Translations under genes and position numbers: made by a program
IMG/VR virus record: IMGVR_UViG_2802429331_000003
Span: 64,001-86,792 of that record
Direction: 5' to 3' (one strand)
Length of the DNA stretch: 22,792 bases
Source of the DNA: a virus
Taxonomy: Duplodnaviria; Heunggongvirae; Uroviricota; Caudoviricetes
Notes under the pieces: model-generated
Database searches by the model: none
Told to the model about the DNA's origin: nothing
The model's input: only the letters and a program-made list of their open reading frames with translations
Shown here: positions 7,455-15,990 of the stretch, piece by piece
Layout of the letters: every line of letters starts with the position of its first letter
Numbering within the stretch: position 1 is the stretch's first letter

Positions 7455-7850
7455 TTGACCGACAATCCGCTGTACGACGAGCCCGTCTTCACCCAACGGG
7501 ACATGTTCGCGATCGCCTCAGCCTTCGCGAAGATCCCAGACACCGGCTTGCTGTTTCCCGATAAGGCGTCAATCCAGCGCGTACCGTCGCCGGCCGACAT
7601 TGTCGGCTGGCTCGACCGGCTCGCGGCGCTGCGCCGCCAGCAGATACTCGACGACCGCACCCAGAAGGTCTACGTCATGTCCGTCGAATACGGAGAAGGC
7701 GAGAGCTACGAGGGTTACACCTCAGTGCACCGGACGGATGCCGGTGCGAAGACACGCCTTCACCAGAGGGTCGACCAGATGGGCGTGGGCGAACTCTTCA
7801 ACCTCGGCGAGCTCGAATACTCGATTTCCGTCCTAGACCTCGAAGACTGA
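7455..7850 (+). CDS. Hypothetical protein (131 aa)
   Basis: TTG start with AAGGA RBS 2 nt after the upstream stop; converges with 7854-8063. Confidence 0.65.
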   Translation: MTDNPLYDEPVFTQRDMFAIASAFAKIPDTGLLFPDKASIQRVPSPADIVGWLDRLAALRRQQILDDRTQKVYVMSVEYGEGESYEGYTSVHRTDAGAKTRLHQRVDQMGVGELFNLGELEYSISVLDLED

Positions 7851-7853
7851 GGA

Positions 7854-8063
7854 CTAAGGGTGCACGTGCACCAGCTCGCCGCCTGCGAGCACCGCGAGTT
7901 CGGTGGGGTTGCGGAGTTCGATGTGTACGTAGCAGTTTTCGTCGCTGCCGCGGCGGGTGACGCGCGCGATAGTGCCGGTGCGTAGCCGAGATTTCTTGCG
8001 CCAGGACAGGATCATGCCAGCGTGTTCGCTGGTCAGCTGCCACGCGGTTAGTTCGGTTTTCAT
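7854..8063 (-). CDS. Small hypothetical phage protein
   Basis: 69 aa; ATGA-coupled to the upstream gene; last gene of the long leftward operon. Confidence 0.7.
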   Translation of the reverse strand: MKTELTAWQLTSEHAGMILSWRKKSRLRTGTIARVTRRGSDENCYVHIELRNPTELAVLAGGELVHVHP

Positions 8064-8599
8064 GCTGCCGCCTTCTGGGCCTTGATCGCGCGGGCGTAGG
8101 ACATGCGCATGGTGTGCACGATGTGCTGGGTGTCCGCGCCGGCCGCGGCGAGCAGCTCGGCGTAGCGGTCCTTCTGCCCGAACGGCACCGGAACCTTCTC
8201 GCCTCGTTCGAGTTTGGCGAGCAGCTCGGTGTCGACGGGCCGCGCGGTTGGTGCTTCCACGGGAATCGACAGGAGCTTTTCGGCCACCTCGGCGGATGGC
8301 CTCGCAGTGGCGCCATTAATGATCCGGCTGATTGTTGCCGTGGACACCCCGGATGCTTTGCAAATGCTGGCCTGGGTGTGCCCGGCGCGCATCAGCGCCG
8401 TGAGGTGGGCGCGGACGTCACCGACGGCTGACTGCCCGGCTTCGGACAACAGGTAGTCGATCGCTCGGAACACGTGGGGCAGAAGCTCTTCGGCTGCGGT
8501 GGAGAACTCTGGAAGGTCGGTGCCGTACGGGATGTGCGCGTTGGCGCGTTCAGCAGCGGCCTGGAGCGCGATGATGTTGGGCAGGCCGTACATGGTCAC
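8060..8599 (-). CDS. HTH DNA-binding protein (XRE-like)
   Basis: HLTALMRAGHTQASICKASGVSTATISRIING; GTGA-coupled start (alternative ATG 8593). Confidence 0.8.
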   Translation of the reverse strand: MTMYGLPNIIALQAAAERANAHIPYGTDLPEFSTAAEELLPHVFRAIDYLLSEAGQSAVGDVRAHLTALMRAGHTQASICKASGVSTATISRIINGATARPSAEVAEKLLSIPVEAPTARPVDTELLAKLERGEKVPVPFGQKDRYAELLAAAGADTQHIVHTMRMSYARAIKAQKAAA

Positions 8600-8838
8600 T
8601 CGTTGGCGAAGTTGTCTTCGACGACCTCGGCTAGGTGCTGGGTCAGGCCGATCGCGGTGTGATACGGCATGCCCTCGGACATGGCAAGGAAGTAGCCGGT
8701 CCCGGAGCGTGCGGGGTCGTGCGCGGCGGAGAACATGATGAAGTCCGTGGCGAGCGCGCCGCCGGACGTGGCGGCAACCCAGCGGCGGATGGCGTCGCCG
8801 AGTTCCTCTTCCGGAGTACGGTTTTCACGATTCGACAT
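8596..8838 (-). CDS. Hypothetical phage protein (80 aa)
   Basis: CAGGAG RBS before ATG 8838. Confidence 0.75.
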   Translation of the reverse strand: MSNRENRTPEEELGDAIRRWVAATSGGALATDFIMFSAAHDPARSGTGYFLAMSEGMPYHTAIGLTQHLAEVVEDNFANE

Positions 8839-9115
8839 GAGCGTTCTCCTGGCAGTCGTGGTGCAGAGCAAGTTCGATGTAGTCCGCGCCGATAAGTGGT
8901 TCGGCGAGACCTTCCAGCAGCAGTTCGCCGCATTCGCTGCACGAATAGGCGTAGCCATGCTGGGTGAGTTCCGGCTGCGGCATTGGCGTGGAATCGCTGT
9001 CGTCCTCGGACGTTTCGCCGCCGCCGTCGGATTCGGTGGTGCATTCCTGGCGGGTCACCGAGGCGACAGGGATGCCGAGGATCCGGTACACGGTGCGGGT
9101 GAGGGTGAGGATCAT
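8825..9115 (-). CDS. Hypothetical protein (96 aa) with CxxC...HHDC putative metal site
   Basis: ATG 9115 overlaps the RusA stop (ATGA); CSEC motif. Confidence 0.7.
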   Translation of the reverse strand: MILTLTRTVYRILGIPVASVTRQECTTESDGGGETSEDDSDSTPMPQPELTQHGYAYSCSECGELLLEGLAEPLIGADYIELALHHDCQENAHVES

Positions 9116-9522
9116 GTTCTGACCAGACTGGATTCGTGGGGGCCAATGAGGACGAGCGTGTGCGGGTTTTCGCGGTCGAGTTCGATCACGCCCCGCAGCG
9201 AGGTGCACTGGGAGTCGTCGCGCCACAGGACCCCGTTGGCGGAATCCATGACGTGTTTGATCAGGTTGTCCACGTCCACGCGGCGGCGGGTGCGCCGATA
9301 GAACACACACGTCAGCGCGACGTTTCCGGCCAGGGGTTGCGAAACCTGCTGCGCGAGAAGCAGAGCGGTGCGCGCTTCGGCATCGCGGTCGGCATCTGCG
9401 GTGTAGGCGCGACCTCGGCTGAACCGCGGTCGGCCTTTGGGGTGCGGGTCGCCGGGAAGGATGATTACGTGGCGGGTCGCGGCAGGGTTGACGGCCTCAT
9501 CGAAGGCGATGCCCAGGCTCAT
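9112..9522 (-). CDS. rusA: RusA-like Holliday junction resolvase
   Basis: PGDPHPKGRPRF, RRRVDVDNLIKHVMDSANGVLWRDDSQ; ATGA-coupled to WhiB. Confidence 0.92.
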   Translation of the reverse strand: MSLGIAFDEAVNPAATRHVIILPGDPHPKGRPRFSRGRAYTADADRDAEARTALLLAQQVSQPLAGNVALTCVFYRRTRRRVDVDNLIKHVMDSANGVLWRDDSQCTSLRGVIELDRENPHTLVLIGPHESSLVRT

Positions 9523-9803
9523 GCGGCCTGGCCTGCGATAGCGCGCAGCCGATCGAGTGCGCGGTGGTAGTAGATGGTGGTCGGCGATTCTGGAACGGGG
9601 ACGCCGGCCCACACGAGTCCGCCGATACTGTCGGCGAATTTGAGTGCGTAGCTCGCACATTCGGCACGGACGGGGCATCCACCGCAGGCGCGTTGCGCCT
9701 GTTCGGCCTGGCCGCCTCCGCGGTTGTCGGAGTCGTAGACGCTGTAGTCGGTGGTGTCGCGGCATTGCGCGCGGACCATCCAGTCCCGGTCGTGAGAAGC
9801 CAT
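9519..9803 (-). CDS. whiB: WhiB-family Fe-S transcription factor
   Basis: W...C-x25-C-xx-C-x5-C (C14, C40, C43, C49) and a GLVWAG variant of the G[VI]WGG turn. Confidence 0.9.
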   Translation of the reverse strand: MASHDRDWMVRAQCRDTTDYSVYDSDNRGGGQAEQAQRACGGCPVRAECASYALKFADSIGGLVWAGVPVPESPTTIYYHRALDRLRAIAGQAA

Positions 9804-9821
9804 ATGGAGTTGTGCTCGCTT

Positions 9822-10013
9822 TTATCGGAGGTCGAGGGCTCCGGTGTCGAGGGCTTGGCGCAGGCGAACGATCGCGGCCTGGGTGTTCCCGTCGACGGCT
9901 ATTGCCTGATCGAGAATCATGGCCAGATCCGTTCTCCAGCAGCCGTTTTCACCCCTGGGACGGTGGGGTGGGCTCGCCGCAGTTGCGCCTCTCTCATAGA
10001 GGTTGAAGGTCAT
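9822..10013 (-). CDS. Small hypothetical protein (63 aa)
   Basis: GAAAG RBS before ATG 10013; alternative start 10046. Confidence 0.55.
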   Translation of the reverse strand: MTFNLYERGATAASPPHRPRGENGCWRTDLAMILDQAIAVDGNTQAAIVRLRQALDTGALDLR

Positions 10014-10103
10014 GGGCGCACTTTCAATTCCGAACTCCCGAGGCATGAAAGGACAAACGAACTCGGGCGGTGATGTTGACGGCTCGCTACTTGGCGAGGT
10101 GGA

Positions 10104-10550
10104 TCAGAAGGGCGGGGCTGTGTCGGTGCCGCCGGAGGGGTTGGCCCAGGTGTCCTGCTTGCCGCTTGTGCCGGTGCCGGGCTGAGTCTTGGTGACCTGC
10201 GCGCGCTGGTTCTTGGCCAGGTCGGGCCCGATCGAGGACACTTCCAGCTCTACAACGGTGCGCTTGTCGCCCTCTTTGGTGTCGTAGGACCGCTGCTTGA
10301 GGACGCCGTGCGCGACGACGGCGTACCCGCGCTGGAGGCTCTCGGCGACATTCTCCGCGGCGTCGCGCCAGATGTAGCAGCGCATGAAAAGCGCCTCGCC
10401 GTCCTTCCATTCGTTCGCGTTCCGGTCGAACACGCGCGGGTTGGACGCGATGGTGAAGTTTGCGACCGCCGCGCCGGCTGGCGTGAACCGCAGTTCGGGG
10501 TCGGCTGTCAGGCGCCCGACGACAGTGATTTGCGTATCTCCAGCTGCCAC
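10104..10550 (-). CDS. ssb: Single-stranded DNA-binding protein
   Basis: [32 protein letters not shown], actinobacterial SSB; C-terminal tail ending APPF; GAGAGGAG RBS. Confidence 0.97.
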   Translation of the reverse strand: MAAGDTQITVVGRLTADPELRFTPAGAAVANFTIASNPRVFDRNANEWKDGEALFMRCYIWRDAAENVAESLQRGYAVVAHGVLKQRSYDTKEGDKRTVVELEVSSIGPDLAKNQRAQVTKTQPGTGTSGKQDTWANPSGGTDTAPPF

Positions 10551-10588
10551 GGCGGCGGCTCCTCTCAGGTCTATACGAGCGCCACGTT

Positions 10589-10621
10589 ACCCCATATCCC
10601 AAGTTCCATGGGATATGGGGT
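10589..10621. promoter_or_regulatory. Perfect 13-bp inverted repeat upstream of ssb (operator or hairpin)
   Basis: ACCCCATATCCCA-agttcca-TGGGATATGGGGT; contains ATCCCA/TGGGAT half-sites like those at 5260-5287. Confidence 0.6.
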
Positions 10622-10671
10622 GTATATCAATGTTGGCCTTTACCAGCATATTTGAGATTTCATTGCGTTCC

Positions 10672-11415
10672 TCAGTTGCTTCTTTGGGACGCTTGCACCT
10701 CGGCGTATCGGTTCACCTGCTCGGCCAGGCGTTCGCAGTGACCTTCGGCGATGTAGGCCCCGGTGTGGCGGCCTTCGAACAGATAGGCATTGGCTTGGCC
10801 GATGACATCGGCTGTTTCGCGCCAGTTCCCCGGAGACCACCACCGCTGATAGCGCTGCTGGGCCGCGGTGTCGATGATCGACTGACCCCACCGCGCGCAG
10901 CTCTCGACGCTGCTCATGCCCCAGTAGCCGGTGAAGTCCGCCAGGGAACGCAGCGCCGAACCCTCCGGCAGCGCGGTGATCGGATCGCGGTCGGCCACGG
11001 CCCACCAGGCTGGCATGTTCGAAATCGGGCGCTGCCCAGCGATTCCATAGCCATTGATCCCTACCGAACCCCAGCCGGGCGGCCTCAGCGGATCCGCGAT
11101 CAGGGCTACGCCGACCACCTCAAGGCCGCTGAACGGTTCGCGCCTGATGGTGGCCGCGACGTCGCCCGCGATCCCCGCTCCTTGCGAATACCCTGCCAGC
11201 AGGACCGGATTCGGTGCTGCATGGATCGCGTTTACCAGCGCCTGGCGTCCTTGCTCGACGCTGTAGGTGTAGGGCAGGTCCAATCCGCCGTAGGTAGCCG
11301 GGTACGGCACGTACTGGTAGTTGAACAGTTCCGGGTCGAGCCGCTGGGCGAACGCTTCGGTGACCGGGTCGCCACCCGGGTTCCAGGTGCCGCCCATGAT
11401 CAGCACGTCGATCAC
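10672..11415 (-). CDS. Cutinase/PE-PPE-type serine esterase (lysin B-like)
   Basis: YVPYPATYG, nucleophile motif AGYSQGA, LIADPLRP, DRDPI, late GRH; TAAGGAG RBS; no obvious signal peptide. Confidence 0.82.
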   Translation of the reverse strand: MIDVLIMGGTWNPGGDPVTEAFAQRLDPELFNYQYVPYPATYGGLDLPYTYSVEQGRQALVNAIHAAPNPVLLAGYSQGAGIAGDVAATIRREPFSGLEVVGVALIADPLRPPGWGSVGINGYGIAGQRPISNMPAWWAVADRDPITALPEGSALRSLADFTGYWGMSSVESCARWGQSIIDTAAQQRYQRWWSPGNWRETADVIGQANAYLFEGRHTGAYIAEGHCERLAEQVNRYAEVQASQRSN

Positions 11416-11427
11416 AGCTGAATCTCC

Positions 11428-11658
11428 TTATCTCAGTTCGTATTCCGATTGGGTCGCTGTTCCGCTCCAGCGGGCACGCAGTTCGTGAGATGCCACGACG
11501 GTGAGCAACACGGCCGCGCTCAGCGTTGGCTGCGGCCACAGCGGCTCGAAGCGCTCGTTCCAGAACCGGATCCGGACGCGCCGCTGGTCGCGTTTTCGTG
11601 CCCGGTACTTCATGCGCGGGTAGAACTCTGGCCACCGCGGCTTCTGCCCTTGGCTCAC
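11428..11658 (-). CDS. Small basic hypothetical protein
   Basis: 76 aa; GTGA-coupled; fills the gap between neighbours. Confidence 0.55.
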   Translation of the reverse strand: MSQGQKPRWPEFYPRMKYRARKRDQRRVRIRFWNERFEPLWPQPTLSAAVLLTVVASHELRARWSGTATQSEYELR

Positions 11659-11957
11659 GCAGCGTCGCTTTCCAGAAAACGCACCGGAACGGTAGGCAGT
11701 TGCAGGGCGACCGCTGCCGCCACTGCGTGGTTGCCGCCGAGCATGCTTGGGCGACTATCCGCATCCGGACCAGCTGGCCTCCGGATCCAGATAGGCTCGC
11801 GGATCCCGCTCTTGGCGACACTTTGAACCATCGCGAGCGTTTTGTGCCGATCGTGGGTCCACAACCAGCGCAGCTCGTAATCCCAGGCATGCGCGGCGCC
11901 AGCGTCGACATCGTTGAGGACGTAGCTCAGGGGAAGTTCGCGGATGTCCTCGCTCAT
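11655..11957 (-). CDS. ParB/Srx N-terminal-like domain protein (stand-alone, 100 aa)
   Basis: MVQSVAKSGIREPIWI...GGNHAVAAAVALQLPTVPV; the usual GxxR Arg is Ala. Confidence 0.7.
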   Translation of the reverse strand: MSEDIRELPLSYVLNDVDAGAAHAWDYELRWLWTHDRHKTLAMVQSVAKSGIREPIWIRRPAGPDADSRPSMLGGNHAVAAAVALQLPTVPVRFLESDAA

Positions 11958-12163
11958 GCCACGACTCCGCGAGAGTGGGTGTCAAAGCGCGAGGCGCGGA
12001 ACACGACTTCCACGCTCGTCGGCTGATCCGAGAACTCGGAAATGGTGCGGATCTCGACGTTGCTGACGTTGAAAACGTGCGTCGCATGCTGCTCGGAAAT
12101 GATCAGGGCGTGCTCGTTCCCGGTCACGTCGAATTGGGCTCTGGGTGTTGAGGTGAGGGCCAC
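11954..12163 (-). CDS. Small hypothetical protein
   Basis: GAAAGGAAG RBS before GTG; ATGA-coupled downstream. Confidence 0.7.
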   Translation of the reverse strand: MALTSTPRAQFDVTGNEHALIISEQHATHVFNVSNVEIRTISEFSDQPTSVEVVFRASRFDTHSRGVVA

Positions 12164-12176
12164 CTGGCACTTCCTT

Positions 12177-12713
12177 TCAGGGGTGAACGATGCGAACGAT
12201 CCCGGCGGCTTCGATGAGCTTCAGGCAGCCGGGGCAGGGTTCGCGGGTGATGTAGAGAGTGGCGCCGAGCAGGTCGAAGCGGTTCGCATCGAGCAGGGCG
12301 TTGGCTTCGGCGTGGACCGCGTGGCAAGTGCCGGGGCCGGTGTCGTACGAACTGCCTGGGGCGCAGCCTGATTCGCGGCGTGGGCAGGATTCACAGCCGG
12401 GTTTGCCCGGCGGGCTTTCGTTGTAGCCAGCCCCGCGCAGCCGGTTGTCGGTGGCTACGACCGCGCCGACTTTGGCGCGCACACAGGTGGATCGGATGGC
12501 GACGGTGCGGGCGATCTCAAGGAAGTAGGTGTCCCAGTCCGGGCGGCCTTCGAAGGTCTCTGGCGCGCCCCAGTCGAAGGTTTCGAGGATCGCCTCCAGG
12601 TCGACGACGATGGGGTCGGTGAGGCCGAGCATCTGCTGTATGCCCAGAGTGGTGACCTCGAGTGCCGCGTTGACGCGGTGTCGTAGGGCGGTGGGCTTCT
12701 TTTCGATGAGCAA
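12177..12713 (-). CDS. dCMP deaminase (cytidine/deoxycytidylate deaminase family) with short N-terminal extension
   Basis: RPDWDTYFLEIA...RSTC.RAKVGAV, GYN, HAEANA and EPCPGC zinc motifs. TTG start at 12713 follows a GGAG just inside the helicase end. Confidence 0.9.
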   Translation of the reverse strand: MLIEKKPTALRHRVNAALEVTTLGIQQMLGLTDPIVVDLEAILETFDWGAPETFEGRPDWDTYFLEIARTVAIRSTCVRAKVGAVVATDNRLRGAGYNESPPGKPGCESCPRRESGCAPGSSYDTGPGTCHAVHAEANALLDANRFDLLGATLYITREPCPGCLKLIEAAGIVRIVHP

Positions 12714-12718
12714 GATGC

Positions 12719-14221
12719 TCAGACTCCGATCTTGGCGTAGTTCGGTCGCCACGGGAGCGTGACGACGACTCCTGTTGGGCCGGTGCGGTTTTTGCCGATG
12801 ATGATTTCGATCTCGCCGGTGGGGTGGCCGTCCATCAGCGGGTGGTGCAGCAGAAACGCTGCGTCGCAGTCCTGTTCGATGTCGCCGGTTTCGCGCAGGT
12901 CCGACAGGACCGGCGGCCGGGAGGACTGTTCGGGGCCGCGGTTGAGCTGGGAGGCGATGAACACGGCGATGTCGAGTTCCTTGGCCATCTTCACGGCCTC
13001 TTTCATGACGTGGCCCAACGCTTCTCGGCGTTCGCGTTTGCCTTTGGAGGCGGTGACCAGGCCGATGTAGTCGATGAGCACGGCGTCCAGGCCGACGGAT
13101 TGCTTCATCTGCCGCGCGATGGCGCGCATGTCCTCGATCGTGAGCGTGGAGCGATCCATCAGGTAGAGCTGGGTTTCTTCGACCCGGCCGCCGTCGCGGT
13201 ACAGCTCGAGCTTGCGTAGGTCCCACTGATCGAGCTGGCGGCGGGTGATGCGGCCGTAGTTGGCTTCCGCGCCGGCCGACATCACGCGCGACACCATCTC
13301 CAGCATGGGCATTTCCATGGAGAAGAACAGCGACGGGAACCCGCTCTCACCGAGGTGCTGTCCGATGTTGAGCAGGCCGATGGTCTTTCCGCCGCCAGGA
13401 CGGCCAGCGATGACGTAGCACCGCTTGGGGTGGAATCCGCCCGCGATGTTGTCGTTGAGTGCAGCCCATGGGGACGGGAAGATTCGGATCTCCGAAGGTG
13501 GAGCCTGCTGCCAGTCCCACCAATCCGCCGCAGCGTCAGACAGTTTGGTGACGCCTTCGGGCATCGGCGCGGTGGCGGCGACGAACTCGTCCAAGCCGTG
13601 GCCGGCCATGATGTGGTCGGAAGAGTCCTTGCCTGCGGCCGGGCACACCAGCTGTACGTCGGCGTGGCCGTCGAGCAACTCCAGGGCCTGGCGCGCGTGC
13701 TTCTCGCCGACCGGGTCCATATCGCGCACCACGATCACGGTCTTGCCGTAGAGCGGGGTGAGGTCGAACAGGTGCAGCTTGCCCGCGCCGCCGGCGTTGC
13801 AGGTCGCCACGCCGCCGAGAGATTCGATGGCCAGGACGTCCTTCTCGCCCTCGACGAGGTAGATCACGGTGGCGGATGCGAGGCGGCTCGCTCGAAACAG
13901 GCTGCTGCCCTGCGTGTTTCCGGACTGGATGAACCGCTTAGTGGGCGACCGGTGGACCACGCGGCCGTCGTCGTATCGGTACTCCGAGCCTTTCGGGTTG
14001 TCGAACAGGTCCGCCAGCGTCAGGCCCAGCTGGTCGAGCACCGTATCGGTGTCGTCGCTGTGGCTGTTAATGAGAACCTGGCCCTCGATGCCGCGGATGG
14101 ACACCGACCGATCTGCCGGCGAATGGCCGGGAGCTTGGGCGTTGGCCGTGTTGCCGCCACGCTCGATGACGACCAGGCCCTGGTCGCGGAAGGCGTCCAG
14201 GACGCGTTCGTAGGCGATCAT
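12719..14221 (-). CDS. Fused TOPRIM primase - DnaB-like replicative helicase
   Basis: TOPRIM YLVEGEKD and DMD; DnaB Walker A IAGRPGGGKT, FSMEM, IDYIGL, SQLNR, DLRETGDIEQDCD, KNRTGPTG. Confidence 0.93.
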   Translation of the reverse strand: MIAYERVLDAFRDQGLVVIERGGNTANAQAPGHSPADRSVSIRGIEGQVLINSHSDDTDTVLDQLGLTLADLFDNPKGSEYRYDDGRVVHRSPTKRFIQSGNTQGSSLFRASRLASATVIYLVEGEKDVLAIESLGGVATCNAGGAGKLHLFDLTPLYGKTVIVVRDMDPVGEKHARQALELLDGHADVQLVCPAAGKDSSDHIMAGHGLDEFVAATAPMPEGVTKLSDAAADWWDWQQAPPSEIRIFPSPWAALNDNIAGGFHPKRCYVIAGRPGGGKTIGLLNIGQHLGESGFPSLFFSMEMPMLEMVSRVMSAGAEANYGRITRRQLDQWDLRKLELYRDGGRVEETQLYLMDRSTLTIEDMRAIARQMKQSVGLDAVLIDYIGLVTASKGKRERREALGHVMKEAVKMAKELDIAVFIASQLNRGPEQSSRPPVLSDLRETGDIEQDCDAAFLLHHPLMDGHPTGEIEIIIGKNRTGPTGVVVTLPWRPNYAKIGV

Positions 14222-14703
14222 GCGCCCAGCTCCAGCTGCTCACCATGAGCAAGGGCGCGGCGTTCCAGCTCGTTGCGGTTCTTGCCGATCCACGCCCGGA
14301 ACTCCGCGCGGTGGTACTCGCGCAGCGCGATCGGGTCATGGCGGTCGATCGCGGGCGGAGGCGGGAACGGCGGGTTCCAGTGCATGCCGGTCAAGCGCTG
14401 GATCGCATCGGAGTACGGATGCTCGGACCAGCGGTCGATGAACGCGGCGATGCGCTCGGGGCTGCTGGTGATGGGCATCTTGGTGACCCGGTCGATGATG
14501 TCGCCGGGCTTGATCGGGAAACGTTGGGGCTGGCGGTAATAGCTCTTCACCGCGGCCAGGGCCTCGCTGGGGCCGATGTCGTCGTCAGCGAAAAGGTCGG
14601 CCCACGCGCGTAGCCGAACCGCGTCGGCGGGCGGCATCTGCGGATCGAGCGCTTCCGCAGCCGCGTATGCGGTTGTGGCAGCTTCGACATGGCGGGGGTT
14701 CAC
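14218..14703 (-). CDS. Putative helicase loader-like protein (phage replication accessory)
   Basis: GTG 14703 coupled to the initiator stop; AW..LF...A.AAVK.YY...F.IKPGDI pattern; lies between initiator and helicase. Function inferred from position. Confidence 0.55.
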   Translation of the reverse strand: MNPRHVEAATTAYAAAEALDPQMPPADAVRLRAWADLFADDDIGPSEALAAVKSYYRQPQRFPIKPGDIIDRVTKMPITSSPERIAAFIDRWSEHPYSDAIQRLTGMHWNPPFPPPPAIDRHDPIALREYHRAEFRAWIGKNRNELERRALAHGEQLELGA

Positions 14704-15323
14704 GGTAGGGCTCGCATTTCTGGTCTGGAGGTGGTGCGGGCGATATCGGCGGCGAGTTGGCGGCCCAGCTCGACGGTCGTGTTGATTCGGGAGCTGGCGT
14801 CGAACCGGGTGCGGGCGGGGTCGGCAGGCAGCGGTGCGTCGGCCCACCGTTCGCCGTTGAGCCACGTGGCGGGGTAGGGGGTGTAGCGGTCTTCGCGGTT
14901 GGGGTCGCTGGCGAAGGCTTGGGTCGCAGCCATCAGCTCGTCGAAGCCGATCAGGTTCAGCGCCTTGCTGAATGCTCTCTGCGCGTCACGTTTGGCTTGC
15001 TTGCGCGGCCATACTGCCCACCACTCGTCGAATCGAGTGTCGGCTTTGGCCAAGGTCTTTGTGCGCGCCGATGCGCGGCGGGCACGGCCACCACCGGGGC
15101 AGATCACTCCCGCTGGCGCGGTGCTGGTTTCGATCAGGCCGGCGCGCTCCAGCATGGTGTGGGTGGCGCCAGCGGTGAAGGCGAACCACACGCTCGAGGG
15201 CACGAGAAAGGTGTCGTAACGGGCGCAGTACATCCAGCCGCGCAAGAGCGAATACTGTTCGCCCACAGTGAGGTTGGCGTAGCGGGGGCCATCGGGGAAG
15301 TCGTCGGGAATTGTGAGATTCAC
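14700..15323 (-). CDS. Phage replication initiator / replisome organiser-like protein (207 aa)
   Basis: C-terminal FDEWWAVWPRKQAKRDAQRAF...YTPYPATWLNGERWAD domain; GTGA-coupled start. Confidence 0.75.
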   Translation of the reverse strand: MNLTIPDDFPDGPRYANLTVGEQYSLLRGWMYCARYDTFLVPSSVWFAFTAGATHTMLERAGLIETSTAPAGVICPGGGRARRASARTKTLAKADTRFDEWWAVWPRKQAKRDAQRAFSKALNLIGFDELMAATQAFASDPNREDRYTPYPATWLNGERWADAPLPADPARTRFDASSRINTTVELGRQLAADIARTTSRPEMRALP

Positions 15324-15961
15324 GCGGCGCTCCGAAGACGGGAGCGGCGAGTGGAGGCGATGACGACCGGGCGGAAGCGGGTGCCGTTTTCTGTCTCTGC
15401 CTTGATGGCGTCGACGATGTCCTGGCGGCGGGCGAGGCTTGAGGGGAAGGGCCGGGCGTTGCGGACGTCGATATCCTCCTCGTCCCATTCCCAGGACAGG
15501 TTCCAGCGGCGGGCGGCGGCGTAACTCCGGGCGCTGGCGCTCTTGCCTGGGGTCATCTGCATGACGGCGAAGGCGCGTTCAAGCCGGTGCGCGATGTCGG
15601 TTGGTACGTGGGCAAGTTCGGCGTCGAGGATGGCCCACAGGGTGCGCAGCGATACCTGCGCCCGCATCGCGATGTGGGCGCTGGTGTGGCCGTCGGCGAC
15701 AAGAGCGCGGGCGCGGCGGCGGCTTCCGACGGCGTCGACGTGGCCCGCAGGGACTCCGTGGCTTTCGTCTTCGGCACGGACTCGCATGATGGCTTCGTGG
15801 GTGTCGCGGGTGACGTTGACGACGTAGCCGTGGAGGATGTGCACGACAGTGATGCGGGAGACCTCGGCGCAGCGGGCGATGCGGGATTGGTTGCTGCCGC
15901 CTTCGATCAGGGATTTGATGTGGTCGCGGGCGGTTTCGGCGGGGAGGAGATCGGTGTTCAT
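15320..15961 (-). CDS. Tandem-HTH DNA-binding protein
   Basis: ARDHIKSLIEGGSNQSRIARCAEVS and RRARALVADGHTSAHIA, two HTH-like units. Confidence 0.78.
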   Translation of the reverse strand: MNTDLLPAETARDHIKSLIEGGSNQSRIARCAEVSRITVVHILHGYVVNVTRDTHEAIMRVRAEDESHGVPAGHVDAVGSRRRARALVADGHTSAHIAMRAQVSLRTLWAILDAELAHVPTDIAHRLERAFAVMQMTPGKSASARSYAAARRWNLSWEWDEEDIDVRNARPFPSSLARRQDIVDAIKAETENGTRFRPVVIASTRRSRLRSAA

Positions 15962-15990
15962 GGATCCGTTTCAGGGCGTGGCGAACCAGA

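Noticed and set aside
12714-13226. Long N-terminal extension of the dCMP deaminase ORF suggesting a fusion or frameshift with the helicase
   Set aside because: It overlaps the helicase in another frame and reads as Arg/Pro-rich noise; a TTG start with RBS exists at 12713; no slippery site noticed.
14700-15323. Iteron-type replication origin inside the initiator-like gene
   Set aside because: No repeated iterons or AT-rich unwinding element could be found.
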